Numbered from the whole stretch's first letter, positions 12,722 to 26,661 are shown. The stretch is DNA of 61,271 bases, filler included, from Vannella sp. (GCA_023345925.1; 9 parts of 9 records of this genome joined end to end with filler, not necessarily neighbours in it), one strand, 5' to 3'. Notes: generated by a model from the sequence alone, not told the origin. Made by a program: numbers and translations.

Positions 12722-12821
12722 NNNNNNNNNNNNNNNNNNNNNNNNNNNNNNNNNNNNNNNNNNNNTTAATTAATTAANNNNNNNNNNNNNNNNNNNNNNN
12801 NNNNNNNNNNNNNNNNNNNNN
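12722..12821. other. Artificial contig linker 1
   Basis: 44 N + TTAATTAATTAA (stops in all six frames) + 44 N. Confidence 0.99.
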
Positions 12822-12958
12822 GATCAAATGGCCGACATGCTCGCGCCCTACAAAGATAAACCCGCACTGACCGCGCGTGTAGTTTGATTATGGGATCGGC
12901 TCGGCGTCAGTTCCAGCCAATCAGCGCCAGCGAATGCGGTGCCTTGTCATTACCTCGA

Positions 12959-14133
12959 ATGAGCGGTTACGTTGGTGACCTCTCTCCTGAGCAAGAAGCC
13001 TTTCTGTTTGTGTTTACATCTCGTGTAGATGGCTGGAAGACTACAAAAGAAACGAGCTTCTTCGAGGACATGTGAGTGCGGCTTGGAGAATGGAGCGGGT
13101 TTGTGGCGCTGATGAGAGTAGACCGGAGATGCTTAGTGACCAAACCTACTTACGATTCCTTCGAGCTGGCATCTGGGACGTTGAAAAGGCCTTCAAAAGC
13201 TTTACTGAAGCTTGTAAGAGGGTGGAGGACATGGTGGGAGATCTGACGTTTGCTGTAGGCGAGTGGAAAGTCAATTTCCAGGGTATTGGTACCAACAACA
13301 TCTCTGAGGCTTCTATTCAGAGTGAGCTGAAGAGTGGGAAGTGCTTCTGGTACAAATACGATCGCACCAACCGCTTGGTTGGCTACGTTCGCGCTCGCTT
13401 CCATGATCCAGCCTCCACAGACCGAGCAGAGGTGAGGGAACTAGTTACACTATGCGCTCTCTATCCAACCTCCCCTTCAACAGATGGAACGATTCATCGT
13501 TTGGACTGCCGAGCAAAGTCGCCGTTTACTCCGCCCTGGTGTAGAGACTGACATTCTCATCTACGACATGGCTGGGGCTGGCATGAAGAACGTGGTACGT
13601 ATCCAGCTCTCTTGAGCAAAATGGGCCCCACTAATCCCATGCAAAGGACATGGCGCTGCTCCAGACCCAGTTCTCGTTGGTAGATCTGTATTATCCTGAG
13701 ACTCAGGGCTTGGTTCTGATTGTCAACTGCCCGTGGCTATTGGCAGCGAGCTGGCGCCTCCTCAAGGGCTTGTTGGACGCAAAGACCGCTGAGAATGTAC
13801 GCGCACGGGAGAAGATCTCTTCTGTTCCTCACTCTCTACCAGATCCAGTTCGTTGAACTGGAAGAACTGAAGAAGTATGTCCATCCAGACAACTTGCTAG
13901 TGGAGTATGGAGGCAATGACACGTTCAAGAACGAGTACATTCCAGTCTCCCAACGTGTGGGGAAACACCAGGACTATGTCCCCTTCTGGGAGATGCCATG
14001 GGCAACAGAAGGCCTAGAGACCGCCAGCCAGACTGCGACTATCTCAGCCACTCCCTCAGTAGAGGCATTGGAAGGAGACACAGAAAACCAAGAGGAGGAA
14101 TCCCTCCCCCAAGTGGAGCAGCTCATTATCTAA
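12959..14133 (+). CDS. Sec14/CRAL-TRIO lipid-transfer protein, multi-exon
   Basis: MSGYVGDLSPEQ, DQTYLRFLRA, IYDMAGAG, YYPETQGLVLIVNCPW and LLVEYGG motifs. Confidence 0.9.
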
Positions 14134-14184
14134 TGGCTCCCTCCCCTCTTTGGATGGAGGTACAGGTTCCCTTTATGGACTAAA

Positions 14185-15830
14185 TCAGATCAAGTTGATG
14201 TTGAACTGCTCACGGAGGTTCTGTTGAGCATGTTCCTCCAAGTGCTCCAAGGAGATGCTTTGATCGTTGGGGGAGAAGAACCTTTGGTAGAATGCTTCCT
14301 TACTGAACATGTGGCGGCCATAGAACAGGCCACTGTGGTCACTAGAAGAGAGAATGGGTAAGAACAGGTCGACTCTTCGACATCGGGGGGTGAACTAACG
14401 CCAGCATGGCCTTGTTGATCTGTCTATCATTACAGAATGCCTCATGAATGTAACTAGATCCCACCAGAAACCGATCCTCCCTCTCAGAGAGCACATCGCC
14501 GCTGTTCAGTTTGAGAATGCTCCCTTCCTGAATGTGAGCGGACTTCCTTGGGGCAGGGGAGAGAGCAACCAACCTTTGGTCATTCCAGTCAACGAGTCTG
14601 TTGTAAGAGAGTGGAAGGGGGCTCTGACACCGTCATCACCCTCCCGAGTAGCGTTTGAAGTATTTGTGACTCCTGTGCGGCTCCCTTTACCATAGGAAGT
14701 TGCCATATCGCGTTCCAGGTTCGACAACCGAGTCTCTAAATGCCGTTTTAAGCTCTGTATCTCATGTCAGTATCATGAAAAGGCTTTTGCAAGGTGACAT
14801 GAACGTACAATGGACCGCCAGCAGCGGCTATCTGCACGTTTGCTCATGAGGAGAGCGAGGGAGATCTTATCCAGGAAGGAAACGCAAAGAGAAACATATC
14901 TGCCCTTCTCTGTGTCCTTATAGGTGTTAAAATCATCCACTAACAGCTCCGTACGGAAGACATCGCCTTCCGGATCACTATCCCGCGGCTCTGATCCATC
15001 AAGATCCTCCATTCCGAGTCTAGAAGAAGGTTAGAGACACGTACACCAAGAGAGAAGGCAAAGTACTTCTGGCACTGCTCTGTGGTGAGGTAAACGGGGA
15101 CGAAAGCCACTCTATAGTCGCCTGACTTTCCTCGCCTGTTGGCCAACTCCTCTTGGCGGATGAGATCCACCAAGTTGAGCATCCAACGAGTGATCTCAAC
15201 GTCAATGTGAGTGCAAAGGACTGATCCCTCCGTGAAGATGCAGCCGCCGTACACATCACTCTCTGTCTGGATCGAGGAGAGGATGTTAGAGGCTTGCATA
15301 AAGTGCCTCGCAGTGTTTGGTGGTGGGGAGGAGAAGGGCAGCCACACAAAGGCGTTCAGCTTGCCCTTATCTCGGAAGCCGTCCAACAACGGGACGAGGG
15401 TCTTGCACTGCATCTGTACGCAGCGAACAAGGTCCATTCGCCCTGTAAAGCGCACCCCCACCTCTTCTATAGGACCCCAGTAGAAGCTATAGGCCGAGTA
15501 GAGCGTCTCCACGTGGTTCAGAAGGACGCTGTCGGCCTCCTCTGCAGGTCCAGATGCAACGAGGGTGTACTTGCCCTTCTGGATGACAGCAAACTTGACT
15601 CGCGACATGGAAAGAGTTCGTATGGGCTCCTTTGTAAAGTCAGCGATGTACTGGGCCAAGGAGACGACCGCTCCCGACAGCAGCACTTGTTTCCGAAGAG
15701 GGAAGCTGTCCGGGTAGAAGTACAGGAGGATCTCTTCCTCCGGGGTACATTCATCACTTTCCCCGTCTGATATAAAGAAGCACTTCTCCATCACCTCACT
15801 CGGCATGGCTCCTCCTTCCTCTTCACTCAT
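14185..15830 (-). CDS. HPS4: HPS4-like (CCZ1/HPS4 tri-longin, BLOC-3 subunit), multi-exon
   Basis: N-terminal FFISDG...ILLYFYPDSFPLRKQVLLSGAVVSLAQYI...KFAVI longin 1. C-terminal FYGRHMFSKEAFYQ...NLREQFNINLI*. Confidence 0.7.
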
Positions 15831-15857
15831 CCTCCCAAAGAATGGCACCAACCACCA

Positions 15858-15894
15858 AGGGTTAGGGTTTAAGAGATGATTAGGGTTTAGGGTT
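15858..15894. promoter_or_regulatory. Telo-box-like TTAGGG/TTTAGGG repeats in the 89-nt divergent HPS4/ACAD spacer
   Basis: agggttagggtttaagagatgattagggtttagggtt lies between two head-to-head ATGs (15830 and 15920). Confidence 0.5.
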
Positions 15895-15919
15895 GAGTTG
15901 GCAGGCATTCTTATCCGGC

Positions 15920-18450
15920 ATGCCGCAGGTCGACTCCTTCTTCCGGGCCGGTCACGAGCTGCCACTGGCTCCCTTGGAAGAGTATCTCGTTGGGAACGTT
16001 GAAGGGTTTGTTTCTCCCTTAGTGGCGATCTCTCAGATCGAAGGGGGACAGGTGAGAGTACTCGTGGGGGCAACGAAGGTGACAAGTACTCACTTCTGTT
16101 GGATGCAGTCGAATCCGACATACTACCTAAGAGATGGAAGTGGCCAAGAGTTTGTCCTTCGCAAGAAGCCTCCTGGGAAGCTCCTAGCAAGTGCACATGC
16201 TGTTGAACGTGAGTTTCGCGTGATGCAATGTCTTGCTGGAACAGCAGTGCCTGTCCCGCGTTGCTACTGCTTATGCGAGGACGCACAAGTGATTGGAACA
16301 CCTTTCTTCGTGATGGAGTTCATCAAAGGCCGTGTCCTGCGAGATCCTTCTCTGCCTTCTTGGTCCTCTGAGGATCGGGACGCTCTTTATAGACAGATGA
16401 TCGACGTACTCTCTGCTCTCCACAGTAAGAAGCTTCCATCAATGTTCAGAGAGCCTTATTGAGCTGTGGTCAGCGTTGGACTGGAAGTTGGCGGGACTTG
16501 GAGACTTTGGGAGCACTGGAAACTTCTATGCTCGTCAGATAAGCCGCTGGAGCCGCCAATACCAAGCTTCTGCCACAGAAGACATCCCATCTATGAACTA
16601 TCTGATGGAATGGCTTCCGAAGAACATCCCTGCAGACGATTGTAAGGGAGTCCTTGCCTAACTCTTCGTTTCATCCTTACCCTGATGGGCGAAGCCACTG
16701 CCTTGGTTCATGGAGACTTTCGCCTTGAGAACATGATCATTCACCCAACGGAGCCCCGCATTGTGGCACTGCTGGACTGGGAATTGTCTACTTTGGGCCA
16801 CCCTTTGTCAGACCTTGCTTATCAGTGAGCGCCCCTCTTCGTTGTCTCATTCCAGGGTCTAACCAATCAGCAGCTGTCATCCTTTCCATCTCCCGATGAT
16901 AGGAACTGTGTTGGAGAGTGTCCCTGGCATTCCCACAGAAACGGAGTACATTCGCCGTTATTGTGATGGGACAGGCCGCCAGGCCCCCGAGATGAACTTC
17001 TACTTGGTTCGTTATCTCTTTGAACTCTTTGTTATCTCCCTCATACTCTCAGGCCTTCTCCTTGTTCCGGTCTAGCGCAATCTTCCAAGGAGTCCTCAAG
17101 AGATTCCGCCAAGGAAACGCGTCCAGCTCCAATGCAGAGGCTATTGGAAGCCTTACTGGGATCTTCGCTGCAAAGGGGGAGGAACTGGCCAAGGCCACGG
17201 CCGCAGCCACCAGGGACAAGTTAACATTGTCTGCCTCCCACTCAAAGGGAAGGGCAGAGGAAGTCCTCGCGCGGGTGCAAGCCTTTGTGAGAGATATTAT
17301 CATCCCTAACGAGGAGCGCTTTCTGGCAGAGGTAGAGACTGGCGAGAATCGCTGGAAGAGCTATCCAAAGGTCATGGAAGAGATGAAACGCAAAGCACAG
17401 CAAGCGGGGCTGTGGAACTTGTGGCTTCCTCGTGAAGCTCCTGGAAGCCCTGGATTCACTAATTTGGAGTATGCTTCTATGGCAGAGGCCATGGGAGCTT
17501 CCCACATTGCTCCAGAAGTGTTTAATTGTAGCGCTCCTGATACAGGGAACATGGAAGTCCTCTTGCGTTATGCCACTCCGGAGCAACAAGCCCAATGGCT
17601 TGAACCTCTCTTGAATGGCAGTATTCGCTCTTGTTTTGCTATGACAGAGCCAGCCGTTGCCTCTTCGGATGCCAAAAACATCGAAACGAGCATCCAACGA
17701 CGAGGAGACACTTATGTCATTAATGGGCGAAAGTGGTACATTAGTGGTGCAGGGGACCCTCGATGCCGCATTTGCATTCTCATGGGGAAGACTGATTTCT
17801 CTGCAAGTGCTTATCAGCAGCAGAGCATGATTCTTGTCCCCATGGACACTCCGGGGGTCGAAGTTCTTCGTCCCTGCTTTGTTTTGGGCTTCGATGATGC
17901 CCCTCACGGGCATATGGAGATGACTTTCACCAATGTGGTAGTTCCTGCCAGCAACATCCTCTTAGGAGAAGGCCGAGGCTTTGAAATTGCCCAAGGACGG
18001 CTCGGACCGGGTCGCATTCACCACTGCATGCGCCTTATTGGACTGGCGGAGCGCGCTCTAACTTCAATGTGTCAGAGAGCCATCCAAAGGGAAGCGTTTG
18101 GTAAAGCTCTGGCGCAGCAAGGCACTGTCCAGGCTGCGATAGCGAACAGCCGAGTAGAGATTGACCAATGTCGCCTCCTCACATTGAAGGCTGCGCAGCA
18201 GATTGACGAGTCTGGGCCGAAGAACGCACGCGTTCTTATCTCTATGATCAAGGTAGCTGCTCCTCTTATGGCCTGCACAGTCATAGACCGAGCCATGCAA
18301 GTGCACGGGGCCAAAGGCATTTCCCAAGACACTTTTCTCGCTCACGCTTATGCTTCAGCGCGCAGTCTTCGCTTTGCAGATGGGCCTGATGAAGTACATC
18401 GTGCTCTCATTGCCCGTGCTGAGCTAGCACCTCACCTCTCCAAGCTCTAG
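15920..18450 (+). CDS. ACAD11: ACAD10/11-type APH-phosphotransferase + acyl-CoA dehydrogenase, peroxisomal (PTS1 SKL)
   Basis: [49 protein letters not shown], then [39 protein letters not shown]. Ends -SKL*. Confidence 0.93.
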
Positions 18451-18604
18451 ACCGAAAAGGGGAGACCGACGGGACTCTCACCATCATCCCTCCTCCCACA
18501 GCACTGCGTTAGCCACCAAAGAGTTCTCTAAAGACTTTTGACTTGTAAGCGCTCAGGGTTGGGCGCAGCTGAGGCCAAGGGAAGGCATTCTTTGGCAGTC
18601 TGCC

Positions 18605-19619
18605 ATGGCGGACGGGGGAAGTCCGCCAGCGCAAGCGGACAACTTGGCGTGGATATCAGGCTCGTTTGTCCTTGCAAACCAGAGCAAGCCTTCACCTAAC
18701 CAAGCTGCGCAACCTTCCTTTGCAGCAGAGGGTAACGATGTGGCACTTTGGGGGAAACTTGTTGGCCTCAATGAACGGCAGTTGCGGGCTCCTGCTCTGG
18801 TGGGGAGCAAGGAGACCCCGTTTGCGAAGGAAGACGAGTTTGTACGTCTGATACTGACGATTGAAGGGGACCGCTTGTCCAAGGAGCTGTTCGCTCTCTT
18901 GTTCGACCTGGTGAGGGATTCTGCTCTTCCCTCCTTCCCTTCCCGCTCTCTTCTTCTCATCACTTGAGAAGCTCAACAACAATAGCTTCGCCACCATGAG
19001 AGAGCAGCAATCGAAGGGAGACTTCCTTTACATCTTCTTTGAGCTCCTCCGACTCGGGCGTTGCGATGTTCCCATCGAGGTGGCATTGCTTCAGGAGCTT
19101 AACCGTCTTGTTAGCGCCCACACTCGACTTAAGCGCCATTGCTGCTCTCAGAGATGGGTTCTGCGCCTTCTGGAGCGCCTTCCACAAGTCGATGATGAAC
19201 GACTTCTTCGTAAGTTCGCCCTTCTTCCTGTGGTACGCTGGCTGATAGACGGGTTGTGTGGATAGACCAATATGTTCATCTGATTAAGACCATTGGGACC
19301 TTCAGCATCAGCGTACAGGAGATGCAATCAATCTTCCGCCTGATGAACACGGAAAGCTCCCTCTTCAAGCCCTCTCGGCTGGCTGTCCTCTTAGATGTGA
19401 TGCGTGTCATCTCTCAGAGAGTAGGGCCCGACGTCTTCTTTGACTTTAACGGCAGAGACTCGGTGAGTTCGCTCTCTCCCCTTCTGGCGGTCTTTTTCCC
19501 TTACCTCTGGTCTGAAGGGCATCAAGCTTGCTCCCTTAGCTAAAGGATGGCCTGGTGGAGAGGGATATGCCTTTGGCGCGTGGTTTCGCATCGAATCCTT
19601 TGAAGAACCCGTGGCAGGC
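18605..19619 (+). CDS. BEACH-family (neurobeachin/LRBA/NBEAL-like) protein, N-terminal part, truncated
   Basis: IGTFSISVQEMQSIFRLM and GPDVFFDFNGRDS|GIKLAPLAKGWPGGEGYAFGAWFRIE match the region before the ConA-like domain of BEACH proteins. Confidence 0.8.
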
Positions 19620-19719
19620 NNNNNNNNNNNNNNNNNNNNNNNNNNNNNNNNNNNNNNNNNNNNTTAATTAATTAANNNNNNNNNNNNNNNNNNNNNNNNN
19701 NNNNNNNNNNNNNNNNNNN
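19620..19719. other. Artificial contig linker 2
   Basis: Same N44-TTAATTAATTAA-N44 spacer. Confidence 0.99.
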
Positions 19720-19913
19720 TTTTCTGTTGGACGCCCTTTCCTTCCTTTTTTCTTCATTTCAAATCATCCACTGAATGGGGATTTTATTAGTTTCCACTTT
19801 CTGCACCTATTACTGTGAGGGCCCTTTCAAGTTGAGTGGAAACTAATAAAATCCCCATTCAGTGGATGATTTGAAATGAAGAAAAAAGGAAGGAAAGGGC
19901 GTCCAACAGAAAA
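19720..19913. repeat. Perfect 79-bp inverted repeat with 36-nt spacer at contig start
   Basis: 19720-19798 is the exact reverse complement of 19835-19913. The right arm includes the Roco ATG at 19876. Confidence 0.95.
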
Positions 19914-22900
19914 GCGAGCCGATAGCCGATTGATTGGTCATTTCCTTGCGCACATGGACGAGGGGGATGAACTATGCAGAGCTTTCCTGGCTGGCATGTG
20001 CGAGGATGACCCTGAGCCTGTTTTGAGGGCTCTGCAAGAAGGTCGGATGGACCCAGAAACGGTCTACCAGCAGTACACGCTCTTACAGATCGCGTGTACT
20101 CGTAATCTGGTTTCACTAGTCCGCGCCCTTCTTCTCTTGGGTGTTGACGTCAACAAACGATCACAGGTTCGCCTCTTTCGGGTTACCACTACCTATGTTA
20201 ACCTGCACCCTCAAGAGAACGCAGCTCTCTGCCCTTCATCTGTGCGCCAATGATGCATCAGAAGATACAGAAGTCATCAGACTCCTGATAGACGCGGGAG
20301 CGGATGTCAATGCAGAGAACAAGGTGAGAAGGACCTGTCCAGTCGCTCTTCTTACTCACCTGTTACGTTGTAGGAGGGTTGGACTCCGTTGATTATGGCC
20401 TCACTTAACCGAAACCTAAGTGCAATGAAAGAAATCCTTCGAGGGGGAGGAAACATCACGCAGATAGGGAGAGACGGATCCTCCGCGATGACTGTCATTG
20501 TCTCCTCTTCTCTCCTCGCTCCGCTTGTGCTCTCTCTTATAACAGAGGGCGAAGCTATCATATGTACCCGTATTCTCGAAGCATACGAGCCAAAAGAAGA
20601 CACAACGGTCACGTCTCCCACTTTGAATGACATTTGCGATGAGGTACGCCCACCTGAGCCTGAGGAGCTCCGCTAACAGAGAGAACATGAAGGGATGCTT
20701 TACATTGATGCACTGGGCTGTCCATCACTCCCTCTTAAGCCACCAACCCAAAGGCAAAGGGAACGAGCGCGATTGGAGCCTCGTGATCGGTTTCCTCTTT
20801 GAAAAGGCTCCTGGCATTGACCTTTGCGCTGTCAACAAGGTGCGAACTCTGTTTCAAAGAGTCCCGTCATCCTAACTTGCGAGTAGTTCAACCAAACAGT
20901 CTTTTCCATGCTCGAGAATGCCGGCCCTGAAGCCAAAGGACTCCAAATGCTTCTGACGCATCACGCGGTCCAGACGGACAAGTCCAGGTCAGAGCGCCTT
21001 CTAGATCTACGGAATATGCGGTTAAAGAGGCTGAACCCGCTCCTCATCCACAGTATTCACACGTTATCTGTGAGCACTTTGGATCTCCGCAATAACTTTC
21101 TCCGGAACCTGCCTGAAAGGCTGGTAAAACTGAACAAACTTGAATCCTTGCGAACGGAGGGCAATCCTTTCAATGACATTCCCCCTCCTTTTAACGAAGG
21201 AGGGTGGTTGAAGCAAAAAACATACTTGCAGAGCGTCCTCCGGCGAGCGAATCTCTGGCCAAGTCGCAAGATAATCGTGATTGGGCAACCTGGAGCTGGG
21301 AAGAGTCTGTTGGCCAGGCACCTTACAGCAGGAAAAGCTACCATGCGGGCGAAAAATGCTTTAGCGACTTCAGGAAACTTGCTGATCTATCACGATGTAC
21401 CTTTGACTTCCAACGCGACTATTCAACCAAGCATCTGGGACTTGGGCGGTGGGGAAATGATTGTACCAACCCATCGTCTCTTTCTGGCAGAGGCTTGCTC
21501 CTACATCATAGTTTTCAAGCTATTCCCTTTCAAAATCGCCAAGATTGAGTTCTGGCTGCGTCGATTAAAGCAGCACAACAAGCATATTGAGATGGAAGAT
21601 GTCTCAGCGAACAACGACGTCCCGGAATCTGACTATCCTACTGGCAAGGTTTACCTTGTTGGGACACACAGCGATGCCGAAGCTTGTACAGAAGAACATT
21701 TAGCAAAAGTGTTCGCAGAAATCAGAACGAAGTTCCGCAAGAGCGTCTATAACAACCTATCAACGGAGATTTTTGCCGTCAGTAATCAGTCAACTCATGG
21801 GATCTCTCAGCTGAAAGATGCAGTGGCCGAGGATTTCTCCAAAGAGGCGCCACTAGTTATTCCAACGACTTGGGTGCGCCTTTTTGATCGCCTAAAGGAT
21901 TGGAGGGACAAACACGAAATGGATAGGCTTCAATGGGCCATCTTCCTTCAGCACACACGACTGTGTGATATACCAAACTCAGATCTCACAAGATTAACCC
22001 GCTTTCTTCACAATTATAGTTCGTTGCTTCTGTTCCATAAGAGCATGGGTTCACCTTCTCAAAACTTGGTCATCCTCCGACCAGAAAGGCTATGTGATCT
22101 ATTACCAGCCCTGAGAGAAGCGATGACTGCTGGAATCATCCCCCACAGTATCATTGACCAAAGTCATGTGCCCGAGATATTCTCTTCTTTTGAGGTGTCT
22201 CTCCATCAGCCGCTTATTGAGCAATTCGAAAAGTACCAAATTGGTTACCGCATCCTGGCTTCTCCCCAACTGATGATTGTTCCTTGGCTTCAACCATCAA
22301 AGTTGAAGGAAGCTGTCAAGCGCTTTCATCAAGCTTGGCCGCGGAAATGGGGTCCTGACCTTGCAGAGCTGAGGAGAATTGAGACTTACCCATTCCTGCC
22401 AATTGATTTCTGTGAGCAAGTTCTGGCCCACGTGATTCAGATGCCAGAGATGCGGGTAGAACAGATTCTTGGCTACAGGGCCATACTCAGTTTAACTGAA
22501 GAACCTCCTGAGCTGCAAAAATACTTCGAACTGCATTCCAGAGAGCCAAACTCCTGTAAAGCTCTCCTTCGTTATCATCCATCATCATACCAGATGGAGA
22601 TTCATGTGCGATACCAACAAGTACCCTCTCAAACCCCGGTGATCTCGGATTTATTACTCTCCCAAACAGCAAAGCTACTCCATGTGATCCAAGAGGCTTT
22701 GATGACATTCATTGACGGCTATAATATTGACAATAACGTTGATAGGAGAATTGTTTGTTCTCATTGCTTAACTCGGAATAACGAGTCTACCACATTAGAG
22801 GACGAAGAGGCTCTTTTTGAGTTCAGTTTTTACGAAGTCCTTCAGGCTTTCCAAAATGGAGAGAACTTTGTCTTCTGCTCTCACCTGAACTCCTCCTCAA

Positions 22901-25002
22901 GATTTATTTCATTACCAGTCCTGGCTCCTGACATTGTGATGGGAGATCTGCCACTCATCTCCAGCCAGGACACAAAAATTGACCGAGTACTGGGGTCTGG
23001 AGGATTCGGGACTGTTTATTCGGGAATTGTGCAAATCACGTCAGAACGCCAGATTGAAGTGGCCATCAAAGAGGTCAACGCAACTCCTGATAACGAGAGT
23101 GCAGAACTCAACAACTTTATTGATTTCCAAAGAGAAGCGTTGATAATGAGCCAAATGGACGATCCTCACTTGGTGCGATTCTACGGGGTTACTCGATCCC
23201 CTTTACGCCTCGTCTTGGAGTTGGTTCACCATGGTGATTTAATGGCTTTATTGCACCCAAAGCTGCCTTCTGGAGAACTTGGAACAATCGAAGAAAGAGA
23301 ATTTCCTTGGCGATTGAGATTGCTGATTGCCCTTGACATTGCCCGAGGAATGAAGTATCTACACCAGAAGAACCCTCCCATTATCCACCGTGACCTAAGA
23401 TCTCCTAATATCTTTATTGATTCCCTCTCTCAGGACATCCACGCGGTGAGAGCGAAAGTGGCAGACTTTGGCCTCTCCCGTCAATCGGCTATTGGACTTT
23501 ATGGGGCTCTCGAAACCTGGCAGTGGGTCGCTCCCGAAACTATGGAGGGGAATCGCTACACCCATTTGAGTGATATTTACAGTTTTGGCATTTGCTGCTG
23601 GGAGATTGCTACTTGCCAAGTGCCATTCCAGGAGTATACAGAGCGCCCTGAATTCTGTGTGGAGGGAAGCAACTTCATAGTCCCTCATCTTATCAAATCC
23701 CACATTGTATACCACAACCTCCGGCCAACTATGCCTAAAGGCTCTCAAGCGTCTCCTATGTTTATCAAACTCATTGAAAGATGCCTCTCTCACGATCCGA
23801 ACAGCCGTCCGACTTTTGTGGAGATAGAGCAGATATTATCAGACCTTCTTTGCCTCCGCAGCTCCCCCTTTATTGCCCCAGCTAGCCACGAAACCACTTT
23901 ATCTGCTGACTTGAAAGCCAAATCTACTGAGTTACGAAGAGAAGATCTTACTCTGAGGCCCCAATTTCAGCAATTATACAAACGCGTCCGAGTGGAGCTT
24001 TCTATGAACCAAGGTCGGCGCCATATCACTGTCACTCGGGTTATTGGAGACTGGCTGGTTGTGGGATACTCTAATGGCACTATTTTTATGCAACACTTGC
24101 TCACAAACGATCGCCAAGTCTTACTCCAAAGTGGAATGTACGAGATCCTTGATTTGGTATTTGTACCGTTCTCCAGAGCTATCTGGACAATCAATAGTTT
24201 AGGCGCCATCACAATCTGGACTCAAGTAGAGACGGGCACGCCAGTGAAAGAGCTCCTTCCCTCAATGTTAGAAGAGACCTCAAGAACCACTTTACAGCAA
24301 GTGTGGATGAAACTAATTCATCTCGAGGGTGGCCGACAAACAATTGCCGTCTCTACAATGCCAGTGATTAACGGGAAATCTCTGGCAATCTATAGTTCTT
24401 CAGGTGTACTTCTCCGGGAGATAAGCGGCGAAACTCGCTGTATCTTCGAGCAATACTCCACGAGCGGGCCAGTCTGGATGAGCCACAACAATGTCATAGA
24501 AGTTTGTGATCCATTTACTTTCTCTCCCATCTTGTCTTGGGAAGCTCACAAGAAAGCTCCAATCAGTACCATGTGCTTTGCAGGTTCGAGCATGTGGACA
24601 GGAGACTCCAGCGGAACCCTTCATCAGTGGGAGGCGTCTGGACAGGAAATTCGGCAAATTCATAGTAGCAAGGTCCACGCTGGATATCCAGTGCTGAAAA
24701 TCGTTCACATTCTCAAAGACAATCGGCTAGTCAGCTTAACCCGGCGGAACTTTATCGTGTGGGATTTGAAAGACAACAAAGCTCTCCAGGAAGCAACCGC
24801 CCACGGTGAAGAGGAAGACATGGAGCACCTCTCTATTTATCGATCCTTCATCATATCCAGTAACAAGTCTGATATCTACAAATGGGACTGTTCAGGCCCT
24901 TGCAAGTTCCAACGCGCTGCTCCAAGAGCCCCTCAAAATGCCGCCCGATTGAGTGCACCTCGCAGTTTCATGGGCGTTAATCGCGCCTCAACAAAGCTCT
25001 AA
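19876..25002 (+). CDS. Roco-family kinase: ANK-LRR-ROC-COR-kinase-WD40-like
   Basis: Ankyrin exons (LIDAGADVNAENK), LRRs (LDLRNNFLRNLP), ROC motifs GQPGAGKS / WDLGG / VGTHSD, COR with CSHC, kinase NPPIIHRDLRSPNIF...AKVADFGLS...WQWVAPE resembling Dictyostelium Roco4, C-terminal beta-propeller-like region. Confidence 0.9.
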
Positions 25003-25312
25003 ACTCAAGTAAACAGTCGTTGAGAACGTGAGTGATTTTTAAGTGCTCATCAGCTATCGAGAGAATCCACAAGCCTGAGCGACCGATCGCGCATTCGGAC
25101 GCAGAAAGTTGAAAACCTAAAAACATATAAAAACACGATTCCAACCACTCACCATCGATTTTGGGGCCTTTTTTGTAGGTCTCGTGGATTTTCTCATCAC
25201 TGGAATTGCACCGTTTAAAAGTGATTATCGCCAAAATGAATATCAAGAACCAATAGGTATCATTTAGCTGATGTTGAATCAGAAGGGGAAATGTTCCCTT
25301 CCCGGGTTCTGA

Positions 25313-25948
<636 letters not shown>

Positions 25949-26661
25949 GACGTTCATTCATTTATCATAAAGCCTCTTTCAGTACTCGGAAGAAAAGTTA
26001 CATCAACAAATGGTTGATTTGCAAATTCACCAGCCCGCCCCTTTGGCATCCAAAAGAGGAAATTGCGACTGATTCAAGGAAGCAGTCGCAACTTCGTATT
26101 TGATCGATTTTCCATTTTTCGTTTCTTTCTTTCGAAACTTGCGAGAAACAAGGAGCACTGACTACAACTCAATGGTCTTTAGAGTTTTGGTCTCTGCACT
26201 TCAAAGTCAAAGGTAAGTTCGTCTAGAGCGCCGAGGAAATCAATGAGTGGTCACATTGGAGGACTGAAGGCAGGAATCATTGCAACTTCTTGAAAGAACT
26301 CGGAGCTTGTGGGTTGAGTGCATCAATCCCTGATTTGGTCGGTGGCTAGTGAGTTGAGAGAGCCTCTTCTGAAAGCAACTGATGTTCATCAGCCAGTTCA
26401 ATCCTCTCTCCTACTTCCACTGAATGTGTCAGCGAGTTGTCCTCTCACATTTCGTGACTCAACCAAAGAAGCAAGGAGAAGAAGGGCGTTCCTGGGTTTG
26501 TTGGAGTTCCCAAAACAGAGTTAAAACTGTAATTAGAGAAGTTATCAAAGAATGACAAAAGCTACTTTTGGCAAATATCGCATTTTTACCAAATCAGGGA
26601 TTGTCTCTTTGTCTTGTTCGGAGCTCTCTTACGCCTTCCATTTGCTCGCTGGTCCTTTGTT

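Noticed and set aside
12722..12821. Recurring TTAATTAATTAA flanked by Ns (8 copies) as a biological repeat or CRISPR-like array
   Set aside because: Identical 100-nt synthetic contig linker with six-frame stops. ORFs containing X residues that run into it are artefacts.
14940..16301. 453-aa ORF suggesting HPS4 overlaps ACAD by ~380 nt
   Set aside because: Longin homology begins only after ATG 15830. The upstream extension is antisense to ACAD and reads through the telo-box spacer.
15920..18450. Phosphotransferase + acyl-CoA dehydrogenase fusion as a novelty
   Set aside because: Established ACAD10/ACAD11/IBR3 architecture.
26059..26095. Hairpin TTGCGACTG...CAGTCGCAA downstream of Arf
   Set aside because: Isolated 9-bp stem with no recognisable RNA family. 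Bacterial terminator logic does not apply.
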